Shown: positions 9,256-21,821, numbered from the whole stretch's first letter. The stretch: DNA of 61,798 nucleotides, filler included, from Nemertoderma westbladi (GCA_032718475.1; 3 parts of 3 records of this genome joined end to end with filler, not necessarily neighbours in it); one strand, 5' to 3'. Numbers and translations are program-made. Notes: generated from the sequence alone by a model not told the origin.

Positions 9256-10039
9256 AAGGAAAACTGGTAAATGAGATGTGTTAATTACGCATACCTCGCA
9301 GTCTTAAGTAATTAATTATACAGTAGGTTAGACCGTTTTGAGAATAGGACCATTGGAAAGAGCGCCCTCGATAACCTCAGTACAAAGAAAATTAATACGG
9401 ATTAACCGGATATAGCTTGTTATTATAAAACATAAATTATAGTAGAACAATTAGGGTTGTAAATAAAAACAAATTAAAATGAAGATAAACTGTATATATA
9501 TATAAACTTATGTATTAAAAGAGGGCCCTATTTAATTATACAGTATACTGAAAATGGTTAGCGATACCATAATTAGATTATCGATAGGGATGCGGCTTCC
9601 TTAAATGAGGCAATCCTGGCCTAGATATAGTAAAGGACCCAAGTGATGCTATAGTGAGAACAAAGGAGGGCCGCTTGAGCATTAGCCTTGAGCGATATAC
9701 GGATTTGCTGTAGTCAAGGCCGCGATGGGATTATTAGTGAGTCATCGATGGGGCTGCTAACAGACGGGACTGCTCATTTATATTTGCCTTGGGGGTATAC
9801 GTGTAGATTCACTGCCTGTCGTATCTACTTAATGAATAATGAGGCCAGAGGAGGGGCCCCCCGCCGATGAACCTAGTTGATAGTTGCCGGGAATGTGGTG
9901 AACGGGGGATGCAATAGGTAATTATATAGCTAAATATAGACATGATGTCATAGTGATCTCATTGGTAATATAAAAACTACTTAATCTAAAAATAGAAATC
10001 AATGTATAAAGTAAAAGTAATACAATTAATTAATTTAAA

Positions 10040-10470
10040 ATAAAGTACAAATGAATAATTAATTTAGAATTAAATACAAATGAAATAAAATGCAAATAAT
10101 TAATTAAAATTAGGTATAAATAAATAAGTATTAATGAATAAAAGAGCCGCGGTGTCACTTATGACACCCTCTTGGGCCTCTCGGCGACAGTTAGACCCAA
10201 CTCATGACTCATCGCTTAGGAATGTGACGCCTTGGGTGTCATTGGCGCCAGACTGTCTGGGTGACACCTCCCAATTAGGCTAATTAGACCCCTATTAGGG
10301 TTTAATTGTACTAATTAATTGATGACACCTGTCAATTAGGGTCTAATTAGCCTAATTGGGAGGTGTCACCCAGACAGTCTGGCGCCAATGACACCCCAGG
10401 CGTCACATTCCTAAGCGATGAGTCATGAGTTGGGTCTAACTGTCGCCGAGCCGCCCAAGACCCTACTACT
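10040..10470. mobile_element. Foldback/MITE-like element with a long palindrome; related inverted copy at 20815-21265
   Basis: Arms of ~110 bp (10180-10291 and 10339-10450) are near-perfect reverse complements. The AT-rich flank and ends also match 20815-21265 in reverse. Confidence 0.8.
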
Positions 10471-11257
10471 ATCAGGTAGAACAGCTGCTAGTGAAACTAA
10501 TCAATCATCTAGAACTTAAACGCATACAACTAGACGTACGGCGCATTAAAAGGGAAGGCCGTGACAAACTAATACCATTGGGACCATCAGTCACATTCCT
10601 TGCTGTCACAAGTTGAACTCATGAGGCAACCAAGGACGCTGCATCTCCTATCTAATCTGCGTTGAAACTTTTCATAGAAAATATATGATATTATATTTTC
10701 CAGAGTTATATATATTTTTGAGTATATGAAGGCTATAGGGATATTTTTTATTGTTAAAATTTACATTATTTATCGCTCAGTCAATGGGCTAGCGGTAAAT
10801 AATATGTGCATTATTTATTACCTGGGTAAATGGGGATTATTGCTCTGACATCAGCCAACTTTGTACTTTAATAATTACTATTCTGGAGCATTATATTTAT
10901 TTAATGAGAAGCTATGACTAGTAAAATGACATTAAGTAATCTATAATATTCAAATTAATAACATGTTCCAGAATATTGTGTATTTTATTAAATATAGTAA
11001 ATGGCCTGCCTTACAGGCTGTAACAGTTGCAAATACCTGCACTTTTTTAAGGCCAATACCTCAGCTATTTCTCAAAGACATTAATAGTTATTTACAAATT
11101 TGGAATCCTTTCAACGTCACCTTTCTGATTGGTGTCAACAAATCACAATAAGGACGAATAATAACCGCGGTGCGACTGGTGCAATGTTTGATTACTTATT
11201 AAACAATGATATATTTTAATAATTATAATAATAGGGATGATGTTAACAATAAAATTT

Positions 11258-11400
11258 ATATTTTACAATAAATAAAACACGTTGTTTACCTTTTCGCCCC
11301 TCGATCTGACTTATTTACCACCCTCGCTGCGCTCGGTCGGTAAATAACAGATCTCGGGACGAACGGTAAATAAAGCATATTTTATTTACCGTACAATAAA
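11258..11400. repeat. Short imperfect-palindrome element centred on CCCTCGCTGCGCTCGG
   Basis: TTTACC..TTCG..CC..GATCTG..TTATTTACC mirrored by GGTAAATAA..CAGATC..GG..CGAA..GGTAAA. Confidence 0.55.
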
Positions 11401-11794
11401 TACGAAAAACAACATTTTTATTGCAAAATAATATTATCTGCTTCGAATGGGGACCGTGCTAAACGTGAGGATTTGATTAGCTTATATTTCTGATTCAAAT
11501 TTGCGAAAAGAAAATTATACCAAACGACAGAGGAGGAATCTAATTTATGTAATAATTCTCGATATCTGTACCAAATTGTTTCTTTATAACATCCCAGACT
11601 CAGTTTACTGACTGAGCTGTTCATTGTGGTTGTGACACATCAGCTTATGATAAGCGGGAAATTGAAAAAAAATAAACAAATAAATAAATAAGCTAATAAC
11701 CTCATTATAATAAAACATAAATTAATAATAACACCTTATTGTATATATATATTTTAATTTATTAATTCATAATATTGATTCGATAACAAAAACT

Positions 11795-12580
11795 AACAAT
11801 TTACATACTTGTGTGTAAAGTAGCACTTTACAGTCTGATGATCCGAGTGGCTTTGTTACACGAACGAACGTTAGTTAGTGAGTGAAAATAAAGACACGAG
11901 GATCAGAACGCTGTAAAGTACTTTGCAACAAGTTTGTATGTAGTTTTATTCCAAAATTGGAACATTACGAAATGATTGCACATATACATTATAAGTGATA
12001 GAAACTGCACATATTACAGTATATTAGCTATATTAGTTGCTGTATAAATAATTGTAAAAATAACATAAATTATGTTATAAATAAGTTAGCTTATATTTAT
12101 GGTGGCGTTTGGAGCCATGTTATAATAATATAGCTAGGCCCTACTGGTTATTAATAGCTATACCCCGTCTACCGGTAGATAATGCAGTAGGCCTATCTGG
12201 CTGTGAGGCAAATTTCCACCTATTGTTTACGTGGTATCCAATGACGGCGTTAAGTAATGTCCCCTTAGTGGACATTACTTAACGCCGTCATGGGTTACCA
12301 CGTAAACAATAACACCAAATATAATACTAAATGTACAGGCCAATACAATGCTGTAATGTCCTCTAAAGTTGTAAAGTGCTAAATATCAACTCGCTGTTAA
12401 TACTAACGGCGTTGAGTAATGTTACAATTTCGGAGTAAAACTACATACATACATGTTGCAAAGTACTTTACAGTGTGATGATCCGATTGGCTTTGTTACA
12501 CGAACGAACGTTAAGAGAGTGAGTGAAAATAAATCCACGAGGATCAGAACAGTTTACACACAAGTATATAAATAGTTATT
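11795..12580. mobile_element. Non-autonomous element with inverted ends, subterminal direct repeats and a central palindrome (Crypton-like by inference)
   Basis: Inverted ends ATACTTGTGTGTAAA / TTTACACACAAGTAT; direct repeat GATCCGA.TGGCTTTGTTACACGAACGAACGTTA at 11840 and 12480; central palindrome 12221-12311. Confidence 0.6.
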
Positions 12581-13239
12581 ACATTTTAATATATATTTTT
12601 TTTTATTATAACAAACGCCATTATTTTGTTTAAAATCTAGTATGTGGCATAAACTATATATTATCCATTAATACAGTTTAGGCAATATATTGCATATAGT
12701 AATAATATAATATTGCCTAAACTGTATTTTACCTCATATTCATTATTTTATTTATTTTATTTGCCATAATATTGTTTTAATTGGAAATTAAATATAATAA
12801 CTGAATCTGTGAATCATTTTATCTCAATTGCTGTTTATTATCCATTACATATACGCATTTGTCCCTAAAGTTAATTTACAGGACAAAAATATTGATTTTC
12901 ACCATAACTGAATTAGAAATCACGAAATAAATATGTTGTTGTTTGGTACGTTTTAAAAAACTGCAACGACATGTGGAATGCTAGCAGTAGCCATGAATTA
13001 TAAGTTACACATCTGGATGTTCTTTTATCGTAAAGCACTGCGCGTGGCATTTTATACCTGGGGAGGTAGGAACGCTAGATACCAAATGGTCTACAACCCT
13101 CTCAGTTGTCGTCCTATTTATGCAGCACTCCGTTCTGCAATTGGAACTATTTAACATGAAACAAGAAGATGAGATATGGCATTGTAGCCTATTTAAGAGC
13201 CGCAACCATCGCTAATGTGTTTCAGGATATATATAACAC

Positions 13240-14150
13240 GGGCTCCGCTACTGCGTACCGGTATAATAATTGTTAAATACGCCAAGTGTCAGGATGGCAT
13301 TTTCACAAGAATGCTGCGCCGGGTTCATTGTGTCAAGTACAATGAACACATCTCCAATCAGACACTACAACATTGGAGGTGTTCCATTGAGGAAATCAAT
13401 AATTCAACAAAATTATGACATTGAACCTTAACAGCCCTCATGAAATGTCTGATCGTAAAGGAATAAATTCCAGGGATGGCTTGCTTGAGAATGTGGATGA
13501 CTACTTGGGATCATGGAATGGATCCGAAACTCAGAGTAGACCTTCGGATACGTAAGATGAAGACATGGGCAGCGTTAAATAGTCTGTCCAGGATTTGAAA
13601 GTCCCATAGAATAAAACTGGACCTTAAGGTTCGCTTATTTAGGGCAGTAGAAGTACCAGTATTTTATATGGGAGTCCATGCTCGCTCAGTGCTCTAACTG
13701 CTGAGGCTGAGGACACCAAATCTCTGGATGGCACATTCACAAGAATGCTACGCCGGGTTCATTGTGTCAAGTACAATGCACACATCTCCAATCAGACACT
13801 ATATAACATTTGAGGTGTTCCATTAGTCTCCCATAGCTTGACACTTGAACGGAACCGCCTCCGCTTTGCAGGACATTGCTTTCGCCGTGAGGACCAGCCA
13901 ATGCTCTTGTGCAATTTCGTCCTCATGGAGTGAATAAGGATGGTGGACAGCCCATGACTTTTTTGGACGCCTCTTAAAGGACACTGGCCTTGAAGATGCG
14001 GATGATTTAGCAAATGTCATGGGTGATAGGGAGTTGTGGCGGCGCAATTTTGTCAAGCCGGCACACCATTCTTAATATATATGTAATATATATATATATA
14101 ATGGTGCTGCAATGCAGCATGTCGATGGACGTAGTGGTAGTATTAGTAGG
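13240..14150 (+). mobile_element. Degraded RTE-clade LINE 3' fragments
   Basis: Translates to ...DGTFTRMLRRVHCVKYNAHISNQTLY...RNRLRFAGHCFRREDQP, with frameshifts; same family as 15452-15830 and 59565-60060. Confidence 0.75.
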
Positions 14151-14403
14151 TAAGGGTAGGGGTAGGTAGAGGTAGGGGTGTCATGTAATTGATTCTGTGT
14201 AGGTGCCGAATTGACACTGAACTGATTGATATAAAACGATGTTTTCATCAAATCATAAAAATGTACAATATTCCATGGCCTAACAATATATTCCTATTTA
14301 GTATATGTTTGTTTTATCTTTTTTAATTTGCTACCACGCAACTTACTGTATTTAGTATTTAATGATTTTTGCTTTTAAATTATAATTTTACTTATTGTTT
14401 CAG

Positions 14404-15203
14404 TGGGGGGCGTTGCAGTTTGCAGTGTTGGCGGGTTACCATAGAGACGGCGAACGCACGAAATAATCGCGGTACCATTACTCTCTCCTCGGTTAGCCAT
14501 TTGGGTTTACTGGCGGGCCAGCCAGCCAATCACAACAAAGGAACCGCCCGACAGGAGGACACCAACTATATCTCTATGACGACCCGTTCAGTAGGCCCCG
14601 GACAGTGTACCGTGTGTGTCGCCGCCTCCGATGGTGCCTTCCGGTTGTTTAATCTGAACGAAATTTCGAGACGATTGGAATTAGTTTGTTTAATTAGCGG
14701 GGATTGTTGTTTATTGAGCACCGCCGTAGTGGCATTGGCGGGAAGTGGAGGTTGCGTTTGTGTTGGGGCGACTAATGGGACCGTGTACTTAACGAAACTA
14801 CCACGACGACCAGACAGTAGTAGTAGTAATGGTAGCCAAACTAGCCAAACTGGGTTTATTGGTAGCCAAACTGGCTTTATTGATAGCCAAACTGGGTTTA
14901 TTGGTAGCCAAACTGGGTTTATTGATAGCCAAACTGGGTTTATTGGTAGCCAAACTGGGTTTATTGGTAGCCAAACTGGGTTTAGCGATAGTCAAACCCA
15001 TTTGGATGGCCTCCGATTTTCCGATGACTCATATTCTTTATCGCTTCATCAGAACGGCGTTAACGCTATATCTACCGTGACTGCGGCCCCGTCCTGTTTC
15101 GCCATAGCTACGGGAGGAGACGACACGTCACTAGTGATTACCATAGTTACGTACGACGTGGAGTCCGACTGCTACACGGAGGTGCAGAAGACAGTTATTA
15201 GAG
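14404..15203 (+). CDS. WDR6: Internal coding exon of a WDR6-like WD40 protein (Trm734 family, tRNA methylation cofactor)
   Basis: Acceptor tttcAG at 14402-14403, donor GTTTGT at 15204. Peptide GGRCSLQCW...NYISM...AASDGAFRLF...GATNGTV...LHQNGVNAI...ATGGDDTSL parallels the recalled WDR6 C-terminal region (GGRAEMHCF..RYMSL..ACSDGAVRLF..AHSCGINSL..ASGSEDGSL). Confidence 0.8.
14830..14996 (+). repeat. In-frame 21-bp coding minisatellite encoding (G/D)SQTGFI, ~7 copies
   Basis: GGTAGCCAAACTGGGTTTATT units inside the WDR6-like exon. Confidence 0.9.
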
Positions 15204-15451
15204 GTTTGTTATTTCAGTTATTTAAATATTATTGGTTGTTAATAACAATAACTATATGATATTGGTTGTTTGTACTTTATTAGCATGAGCTAGGGTTGTT
15301 TGTATGGTATGTTACATTCCATTACAGTACAGTGCAGTACAGTATGTTGTAGCCAAACTTGTAATTGAAGAATAACTTGAAGAGGGTTTTGTTTCCCAAT
15401 GAAGACACTAAAATTACAGTCGTACACTGAAGAACGCTTGGTCAGTAAAAT

Positions 15452-15830
15452 GTACCACTACTACTACTATCGACATGCTGCATTGCAGCTGCATTATATA
15501 TATATTACATATATATTAAGAATGCTGTACCGGCTTGTTGACAAAATTGCGCCGCCACAACTCCCTATCACCCATGACATTTGCTAGATCATCCGCATCT
15601 TCAAGGCCAGTGTCCTTTAAGATGCGTCTCAAGAAAGTCATGGGCTGTCCACCATGCTTATTCACTCCATGAGGCTGCCAAAGTACAAGATTATGCACTG
15701 GCTGGTCCTCACGGCGAAAGAAATGTCCTGCAAAGCGGAGGCGGTTCCGTTCAAGTGTCAAGCTAGGGGAGATTAAGGGAACACCTCCAATGTTGTATAG
15801 AGTCTGATAGAAGATGTGTTCAAAATGTAC
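15452..15830 (-). mobile_element. RTE-clade LINE 3' end inside the WDR6-like intron
   Basis: ORF 15516-15833 (RNRLRFAGHFFRREDQPVHNLVLWQPHG); reverse complement of 13790-14150 including its tail. Confidence 0.8.
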
Positions 15831-15988
15831 CAATCGTCTACTCGACTATTATTTAGTATATCATATTTATCTTATAAAGGTTTGGGCGAATTCCCAGATA
15901 AAACTGAATCTAGTTTATATTTACACTACTGGAGATTAGATTAACCCTTTTAAATTAACAATAGTAAACTACTTTATTATTATTATAG

Positions 15989-16175
15989 GGGCCCATTCAG
16001 CTCAAATAACAGCTGTGCATTTCCTCTGCATTGATTGGTTACTTACGATGGGGGTTGACCAGCTGCTGAGACTGTGGTGTTTGCGGTGGTCGGGTTCTTC
16101 CGTTGTTAGCGTCGTTCTCACGCGCAGTTGGCCGTTTGGTGTCGCCGATCCGGCTGGTCTACAAGCTGTAGAGAG
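15989..16175 (+). CDS. WDR6: Next coding exon of the WDR6-like gene (not in the ORF track)
   Basis: Acceptor tatAG at 15987-15988, in phase with the previous exon. Reads GAHSAQITAVHFLCIDWLLTMGVDQLLRLW...GVADPAGLQAVE, like WDR6 AHAAHVTGL...SASIDQRLTFW...VPDVADM. Donor GTGAGT at 16176. Confidence 0.78.
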
Positions 16176-17387
16176 GTGAGTCTCGGTAGGATCCATCTAC
16201 CTATCTTACGTCTATCGTCTACAAATACGGATCATTATTAATTGTATAGCGACACAACCGGTTAGCTAGTGAACTTGGTGGGGATATGAAGGGTTTGAGT
16301 GTTTTGGGGAGCGGGGAGTACAGTAGATTTAAAGTTGTAACCTTGGTAGCAAGATGTGGTGGGGGGGGGGGGGGGGTAATATTGGGACACCTTGTGACAA
16401 CAGGGGGAGGGGAAGAGGTGTACACCTTGTGACAACAGGGGGAGGGGAAGAGGTGTCGAAAATCGGATTCAATTTACGTGACTTTAATGAACGTCCCTTA
16501 TAAGAAGAAACAAGAAGAAACACTCGTGATACAGAAATTTCGGTGGCTGGGTGGCTCAAACTGGCCATTGAAAGGCCAAGCATTGAGATCAGTTCACGGT
16601 ATTATCGGAGATTAAACATGTATGTGCCGCGGCTAATTGCAGTGAGAACCCACGGCACGGCACATTCCGATTGGGCTATTATCACACAGTAAGATTCAGG
16701 CTTAATTGTACTGCGATACACTGTTAAAGCAACAGCAGTCACACCTTGTGCAGACCACATGAGTCATTACGCCCATAGTCCAAGTCAAGTGGTGTTCCTA
16801 AAGTAGTGTAAGGATTGGAATACGCTATCGTTAAATAATAATTCTAGAAAACTAGTTAAGTAGTTGAGCCAAAATGAAATTACATTTACAATTACATTTG
16901 CTGTGACTGCAAGTACCTTTGTGTACTAAGTTAAGTACACCTAAATGTACCTTATTTAGTACACCTTGTCACGACCACGAGTACTGCCAAGAGAGACCTA
17001 CCTACGGTGTTTCGTGTTTTACACGATCACCTATCTCTTTGCTCACTTTATTTACTTTACCTTTGCCGTGGACTATCACGGCAAAGCCACGACAAATAGA
17101 TTTGCCGTCGAATGTCACGGCAAATTCCCACGCTATATATAAACGTTTGTGTGTCGGGATTAAATTTCAATGTCAGGAAATATTGAAGGTGTAAATTTCC
17201 CGTTATTTTACTGGGACGCAATTTACACAAATTCCATTTAACTTTTAAACCGAAGGGGATAAAAGCTTATTAACATCCATTTCATTATTCTAAATAATTA
17301 ATCATTTTACTTTTTAATATTAATTAATAATCAATCGTACATTATATACGAGTTTTAGTTGATATTCAATCTATTTATGATTCAGTT

Positions 17388-17999
17388 TCACATAAATGGT
17401 ATCGGTTCCCGTTCGTACGGCAGAGCCTGGTCCAAATACTCAGCGATGGGTTTACTGAATGCGTCGTTCTTCCGGAAGGGGGCGTGTTTAGTTTTAACTT
17501 GCGTTACCCCGGTAACAGCGCCGAGATGATCCGACCAATAGGTCGCCGGGTGGTCCCTCTTGTAGTCGTGTGTCTGCGTGGGCGGGATATCCTCGTGTAT
17601 AAAACCTTCCATCTTAAAGTCCTTCATTGTAATTGTCTCGTAATCGTTGACAACATCTTCCAATTCATCTTCCTCTACTCTGTTATCTTCGGCGTCCTTC
17701 TCCAACACTCTATGGACTAACATTTGTTCGATGAGTCTCCTCCGCGCCCCGACTTCCCCGCTCGCGTCGCTCAGACTGTGAGGCACGTATGATTCCCGGC
17801 ATTCCGTCCGGTCCGATAAAGCCGCCCCGATCTCCGTCGACATTATCCCCGCGTGGCCGGACTTCCTTGCCTTGGCGACGCACCCAGACTCCTCCACTTT
17901 ATCCAACTCTTTGCTGAATCGCTCCTCCTGCCAGTTCTCGAGTAGACAGCGCCCCCCAGAGTTAGGTACGGGAACAATATTCCGTCCGTGTGTCGCCAT
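17388..17999 (-). CDS. SPAG8: SPAG8-like ciliary/sperm microtubule inner protein, single coding exon (203 aa)
   Basis: GRCLLENWQEER N-terminal motif and C-terminal HDYKRDHPATYWSDH...GVTQVKTKHAPFRKNDAFSKP...LPYE match recalled SPAG8 (CLLYNWEEER; HDYRQEQPETFW...GVSNIRTLDTPFRKNCSFSTP...LPYE). Possible 5'-UTR intron acceptor at ~18036. Confidence 0.85.
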   Translation of the reverse strand: MATHGRNIVPVPNSGGRCLLENWQEERFSKELDKVEESGCVAKARKSGHAGIMSTEIGAALSDRTECRESYVPHSLSDASGEVGARRRLIEQMLVHRVLEKDAEDNRVEEDELEDVVNDYETITMKDFKMEGFIHEDIPPTQTHDYKRDHPATYWSDHLGAVTGVTQVKTKHAPFRKNDAFSKPIAEYLDQALPYEREPIPFM

Positions 18000-19036
18000 T
18001 GAGCTGCGTGTTTGTTACATATATAATAATGAAATCTATAAAAATAATCCTTTCAAATTAATAATAAATTAAATCTGTAAATAAAATTATAACAGAGAGT
18101 TAATGGCGCAAAATTACCGCAATCACCAAATATGTGTTTAAAAACTTTATGTACGGCAATAAATTTTAAAACATTAAAGGAAAGGGGCAGGCTACAGTGT
18201 CGGTGTTTTCTAACCAAAACAATAAACGACATTTTATTTTATATGCGACCTATTTGCGCTGTATATCGGTTTTTCATTTGCGGTCAATTTGCGCCAATCT
18301 GAAAACAAAGAACTTGGATTGACAGACAGATATTCTACTATACGGTGTAGTCCAACCTATAATAGTTCATTAACGCGTTCTGTTGTGTTATAAAATATAA
18401 TAATGTATTAGTTATTAGTTATTGTTGTACAGAAAATATTGTAGTAATAATAAAATACTTATGTATTTTATTTGTTGTAAGTGACTTTTTTGTCAAAATC
18501 ATTCACATGTTTGACAAAAAAGAGAACACATTTTTTGTCAACAACTAAAAAAAGTTATGTTCTAATTAAATTTCAAATTAATTACCATGACATTAATACT
18601 GTAATAATGTTGCATAAATTGATAAATAAATAAATAAATTGATAAATAAATAGATAGCGCTGATGGTTTCCACGGGTTATTTAATATTCTAGAATATTAT
18701 AATATCATATAGGGCCTATCATTTCGCTTTATATAACGGTATTTCACTACTGAAGAAGCTTCGATGGACGATATTTATGCTGAAATAGGGAGATAGAAGA
18801 ATACTTATTTAAATTTATTATAAATACTTCTTTAAGTGGTGGAAAAAAGTAACATTTCTTGTCTTGCTTTCTTATTTCTCTCGCTACAAATTTAACTCGA
18901 CAAAAAAGTCTACTATTTTGCCACCACTTAAATAGTTATATTGTGATACCTTGAACCGGTAAGCAGCCAGCTAAACTGTAGGCCTACAACAACAGTAGGC
19001 CTATGCCTGACACAATCGATACGGTATGTTTTTCTT

Positions 19037-19049
19037 ATTGCCTAGCAAC
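19037..19049. promoter_or_regulatory. Putative RFX X-box upstream of the SPAG8-like gene
   Basis: ATTGCCTAGCAAC, one mismatch from GTTGCCTAGCAAC, ~1 kb upstream of a ciliary gene. Confidence 0.45.
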
Positions 19050-19389
19050 CTGTGGGGCGAGCCAAGGAGGTATATTCCCCACACAATGTAATGTGGCCAA
19101 TGTGCCCTCGCGATCTTACAGCCATTTGGAATTTCCTACAGTGTTGCAGACTGTAGCTGTGGGGCGATCCATCTATCCATGCACCGCTCGCATTACTAGA
19201 CCCATACAAGTGGTAATACCAGGATTTATACCGGTGAATAAATAATTAATACCAGATTTCAGACGTATAAACGAAGCCTCAACTTTAGTTCGAAATTCTA
19301 CTGTAAATTTATGGAAGACGATTTTAATTTTTGTACCTTTTTTCAGTTAGTTACAGAACCTACATGATCTGTATTTTTATGTTTTTTTT

Positions 19390-20585
19390 GAGGTCGTCCA
19401 CGGGTACGCTTTCCATGAGTTGGTTGCCAGAAAAGTAGATCTGGTATGACCTCATGTTTACTTCTCCAACAGTGCCCACTGACCCGCGTTCACGGAGGGT
19501 GGTTGATACAGGTTGTATAATACCATAGAGCTCGGCGTAAGGCCCATGTGAAGAATACCAAGTTTTCACCAAAAACACAGATTACAGAAGGGCTGAATTT
19601 AACCAAAACAATAAACTAATTAATATATGTACAGGTTATAAGACAGAAATAATAAAATAATAAATAATAATACACAATACAATAATAAATAAAACACTTA
19701 ATAAAAATAAAAATCTTCATATATAAAATTCCAATAAAACGTCGACCGAAAGTGAAATCCTGGGATTCTTCACATGGGCGATCAATTCGTTGTTCAAGTG
19801 ATTTAGTCAGTGTCCAGGTCTCACCCCCGTATAAAAATACACTTTCCACTGTGGCTCGAAAGAACTTAGTCTTCAGGTGCCTGGAGAGATCTGATTTCCA
19901 GATCTTATCCATTTTTTATAGAGCTACTCAATCCTTTGCTTTCCTAACTTCTATGTCTTTTTTGCTACTCTCTATCTATTTGCATCTGCACCTGCAGGGC
20001 GATTCCATCCGCAAAGGCGGTGTCTGTGACTGTAGTTGCCGGATATCTACTACTTCTGCGTTCTTGAAGTGTGAATCCCACATCTTCACCCTTTGTGGTC
20101 GTCCTCATTGCGTAATCCAGCACAATTACAAATAGTAATGGTGCTAATGTGTCACCTTGCAGTACGCCAGCCAGGATTGAGAAAAACTCAGTTTCACAAT
20201 CTGGTGAGAGTACCTGCGCTTCTGTGTCACAATATAACAATCCAATGCCAGCAACAATTACTTCTGGTATTCCATAAGCTCTTAGGATTTCAAGCATTTT
20301 ACCTCTATGGATGGAGTCGAATGCCTTCTTGAAGTCCACAAAAGTCATGACTGCGGGAAGATTCTTTGACTTAATTCCTTCAATCAGTCTCCGTAGTGCA
20401 AGTATCTGAGCTATTGTTGATCTACTTGGTCGAAATCCGTTTTGGCTCTTATGCAGTAGTTTCTCTATGTGAGGCCTAATCCCATATAGAATCATTTTGT
20501 TGTATATTTTGACAGCTACCACAAGCAGACAGATCCCACGATAGTTTGTTGGTATACCGGGGTCTCCTTTCTTGGGGAGAGGCTT
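19390..20585 (-). mobile_element. Truncated RTE-clade LINE with a reverse-transcriptase remnant
   Basis: QNGFRPSRST...FVDFKKAFDSIHR...GVLQGDTLAPLLF...FADG, then KIWKSDLSRHLKTKFFRATVESVFLYGGETWT and ELYGIIQPVSTTLRER; interrupted and frameshifted. Confidence 0.88.
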
Positions 20586-20814
20586 TAACTGATTGTAGAT
20601 TAGATGGTTATGTTATGCGATCTGCTTTTAATTATCTACATTTTATTTTAAAACTCTTTAAAAATTTCAGATGGTGTAATTATTAGTCTCAATTTAAATT
20701 AAATGCAATTTAACGAATTATTTTAATAGATGTCAACCCAGATTTCATTTACCGATCGCCATGAGGTTAATAGATACATTTATATAGATTTGAATGATAT
20801 AGACAAAGGGAACA

Positions 20815-21265
20815 TAAGTAGTAGGGTCTTGGCCGGCTCTGTGACACTTGGACCTCACTGACACCCATTGGGTGTCATATGACACCCAATTATCACCCTA
20901 TGGGTGTCATTGGGTGTCATTGGCGCCAGACTGTCTGGGTGACACCTCCCAATTAGGCTAATTAGACCCTAATTGACAGGTGTCATCAATTAATTAGTAC
21001 AATTAAACCCTAACAGGTGTCATATGACTCCTAATTAGGGTTTAATTGATTATCCTAATTAATCAGACTGATTAGCGCCCTGACACACAATGGGTCATCA
21101 GTGTTGTCCAACTGTCGCAGAGCCGGCTCAAGAGGGTGTCATAAGTGACACCGCAGCTCTTTTATTCATTAATACCTATTTATTTATATTTAATTTTAAT
21201 TAATTATTTGCATTTTATTTTATTCGTATTTAATTCTAAATTAATTATTCATTTGTACTTTATGG
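20815..21265. mobile_element. Second, inverted copy of the 10040-10470 foldback element family
   Basis: Shares TAGGGTCTTGG.CGGCTC end, GGGTGTCATTGGCGCCAGACTGTCTGGGTGACACCTCCCAATTAGGC core and AT-rich tail. Confidence 0.75.
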
Positions 21266-21469
21266 GTATACAGCTCCCTTACTGGTAACTAATTACTCTT
21301 ATCTATATCCAGACAGCTTTATCGTTGACCTTTGACCTTTGACCCCCCAATTAGCTTTAACCAAGCAACAGCATATTAATGATAGTTGTATCCAAGCGCC
21401 CCTGCCCCCACCCCGTGACAGCTCTGATTACTAATTACTCTTACCTATATCCAACCGCCTGCAGTTCCA

Positions 21470-21722
21470 TAGTCTGCCGCTAGAGGGCGTATTGTTTAAA
21501 AATTAACATCTTCTCTAGCTTTGTTATTTACAATCCGCAAAACCATGAAGTTATATTGCTCAAGAGTTCTAAGGGGAGAGCCATGAGGCAAGATGTTTGA
21601 GGCTTATTTAGATATATTATTACTTAATTTGACCCCCCAATCGGCATCTATTACGGCATAGGCTATATCTTTTGCAGGGTCACAGAGTAGTCTGAAGTTC
21701 CCCAGTCTGCCGCTAGAGGGCT
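21470..21722 (-). repeat. Inverted copy of the 9000-9255 repeat
   Basis: Direct sequence comparison; CCGCTAGAGGGC occurs twice, ~233 bp apart. Confidence 0.75.
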
Positions 21723-21821
21723 TAATGTCTCAAAGTGAAAACCATACCGTAGCCATGAATTGGTTACTAGGCAATAATACTGCATTTTGCAACGTTAGAC
21801 CTATTGCTGATCGAACGAAAA

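Noticed and set aside
16250-16360. Terminal WDR6 exon (ELGGDMKGLSVLG)
   Set aside because: The best acceptor (16249) gives an early stop and the in-frame alternative acceptor is weak; it cannot be supported without transcripts.
9000-21722. Giant composite transposon capturing WDR6 and SPAG8 between nested inverted repeats
   Set aside because: The sequence between the two repeat types differs on each side and no TSD is visible; independent insertions are simpler.
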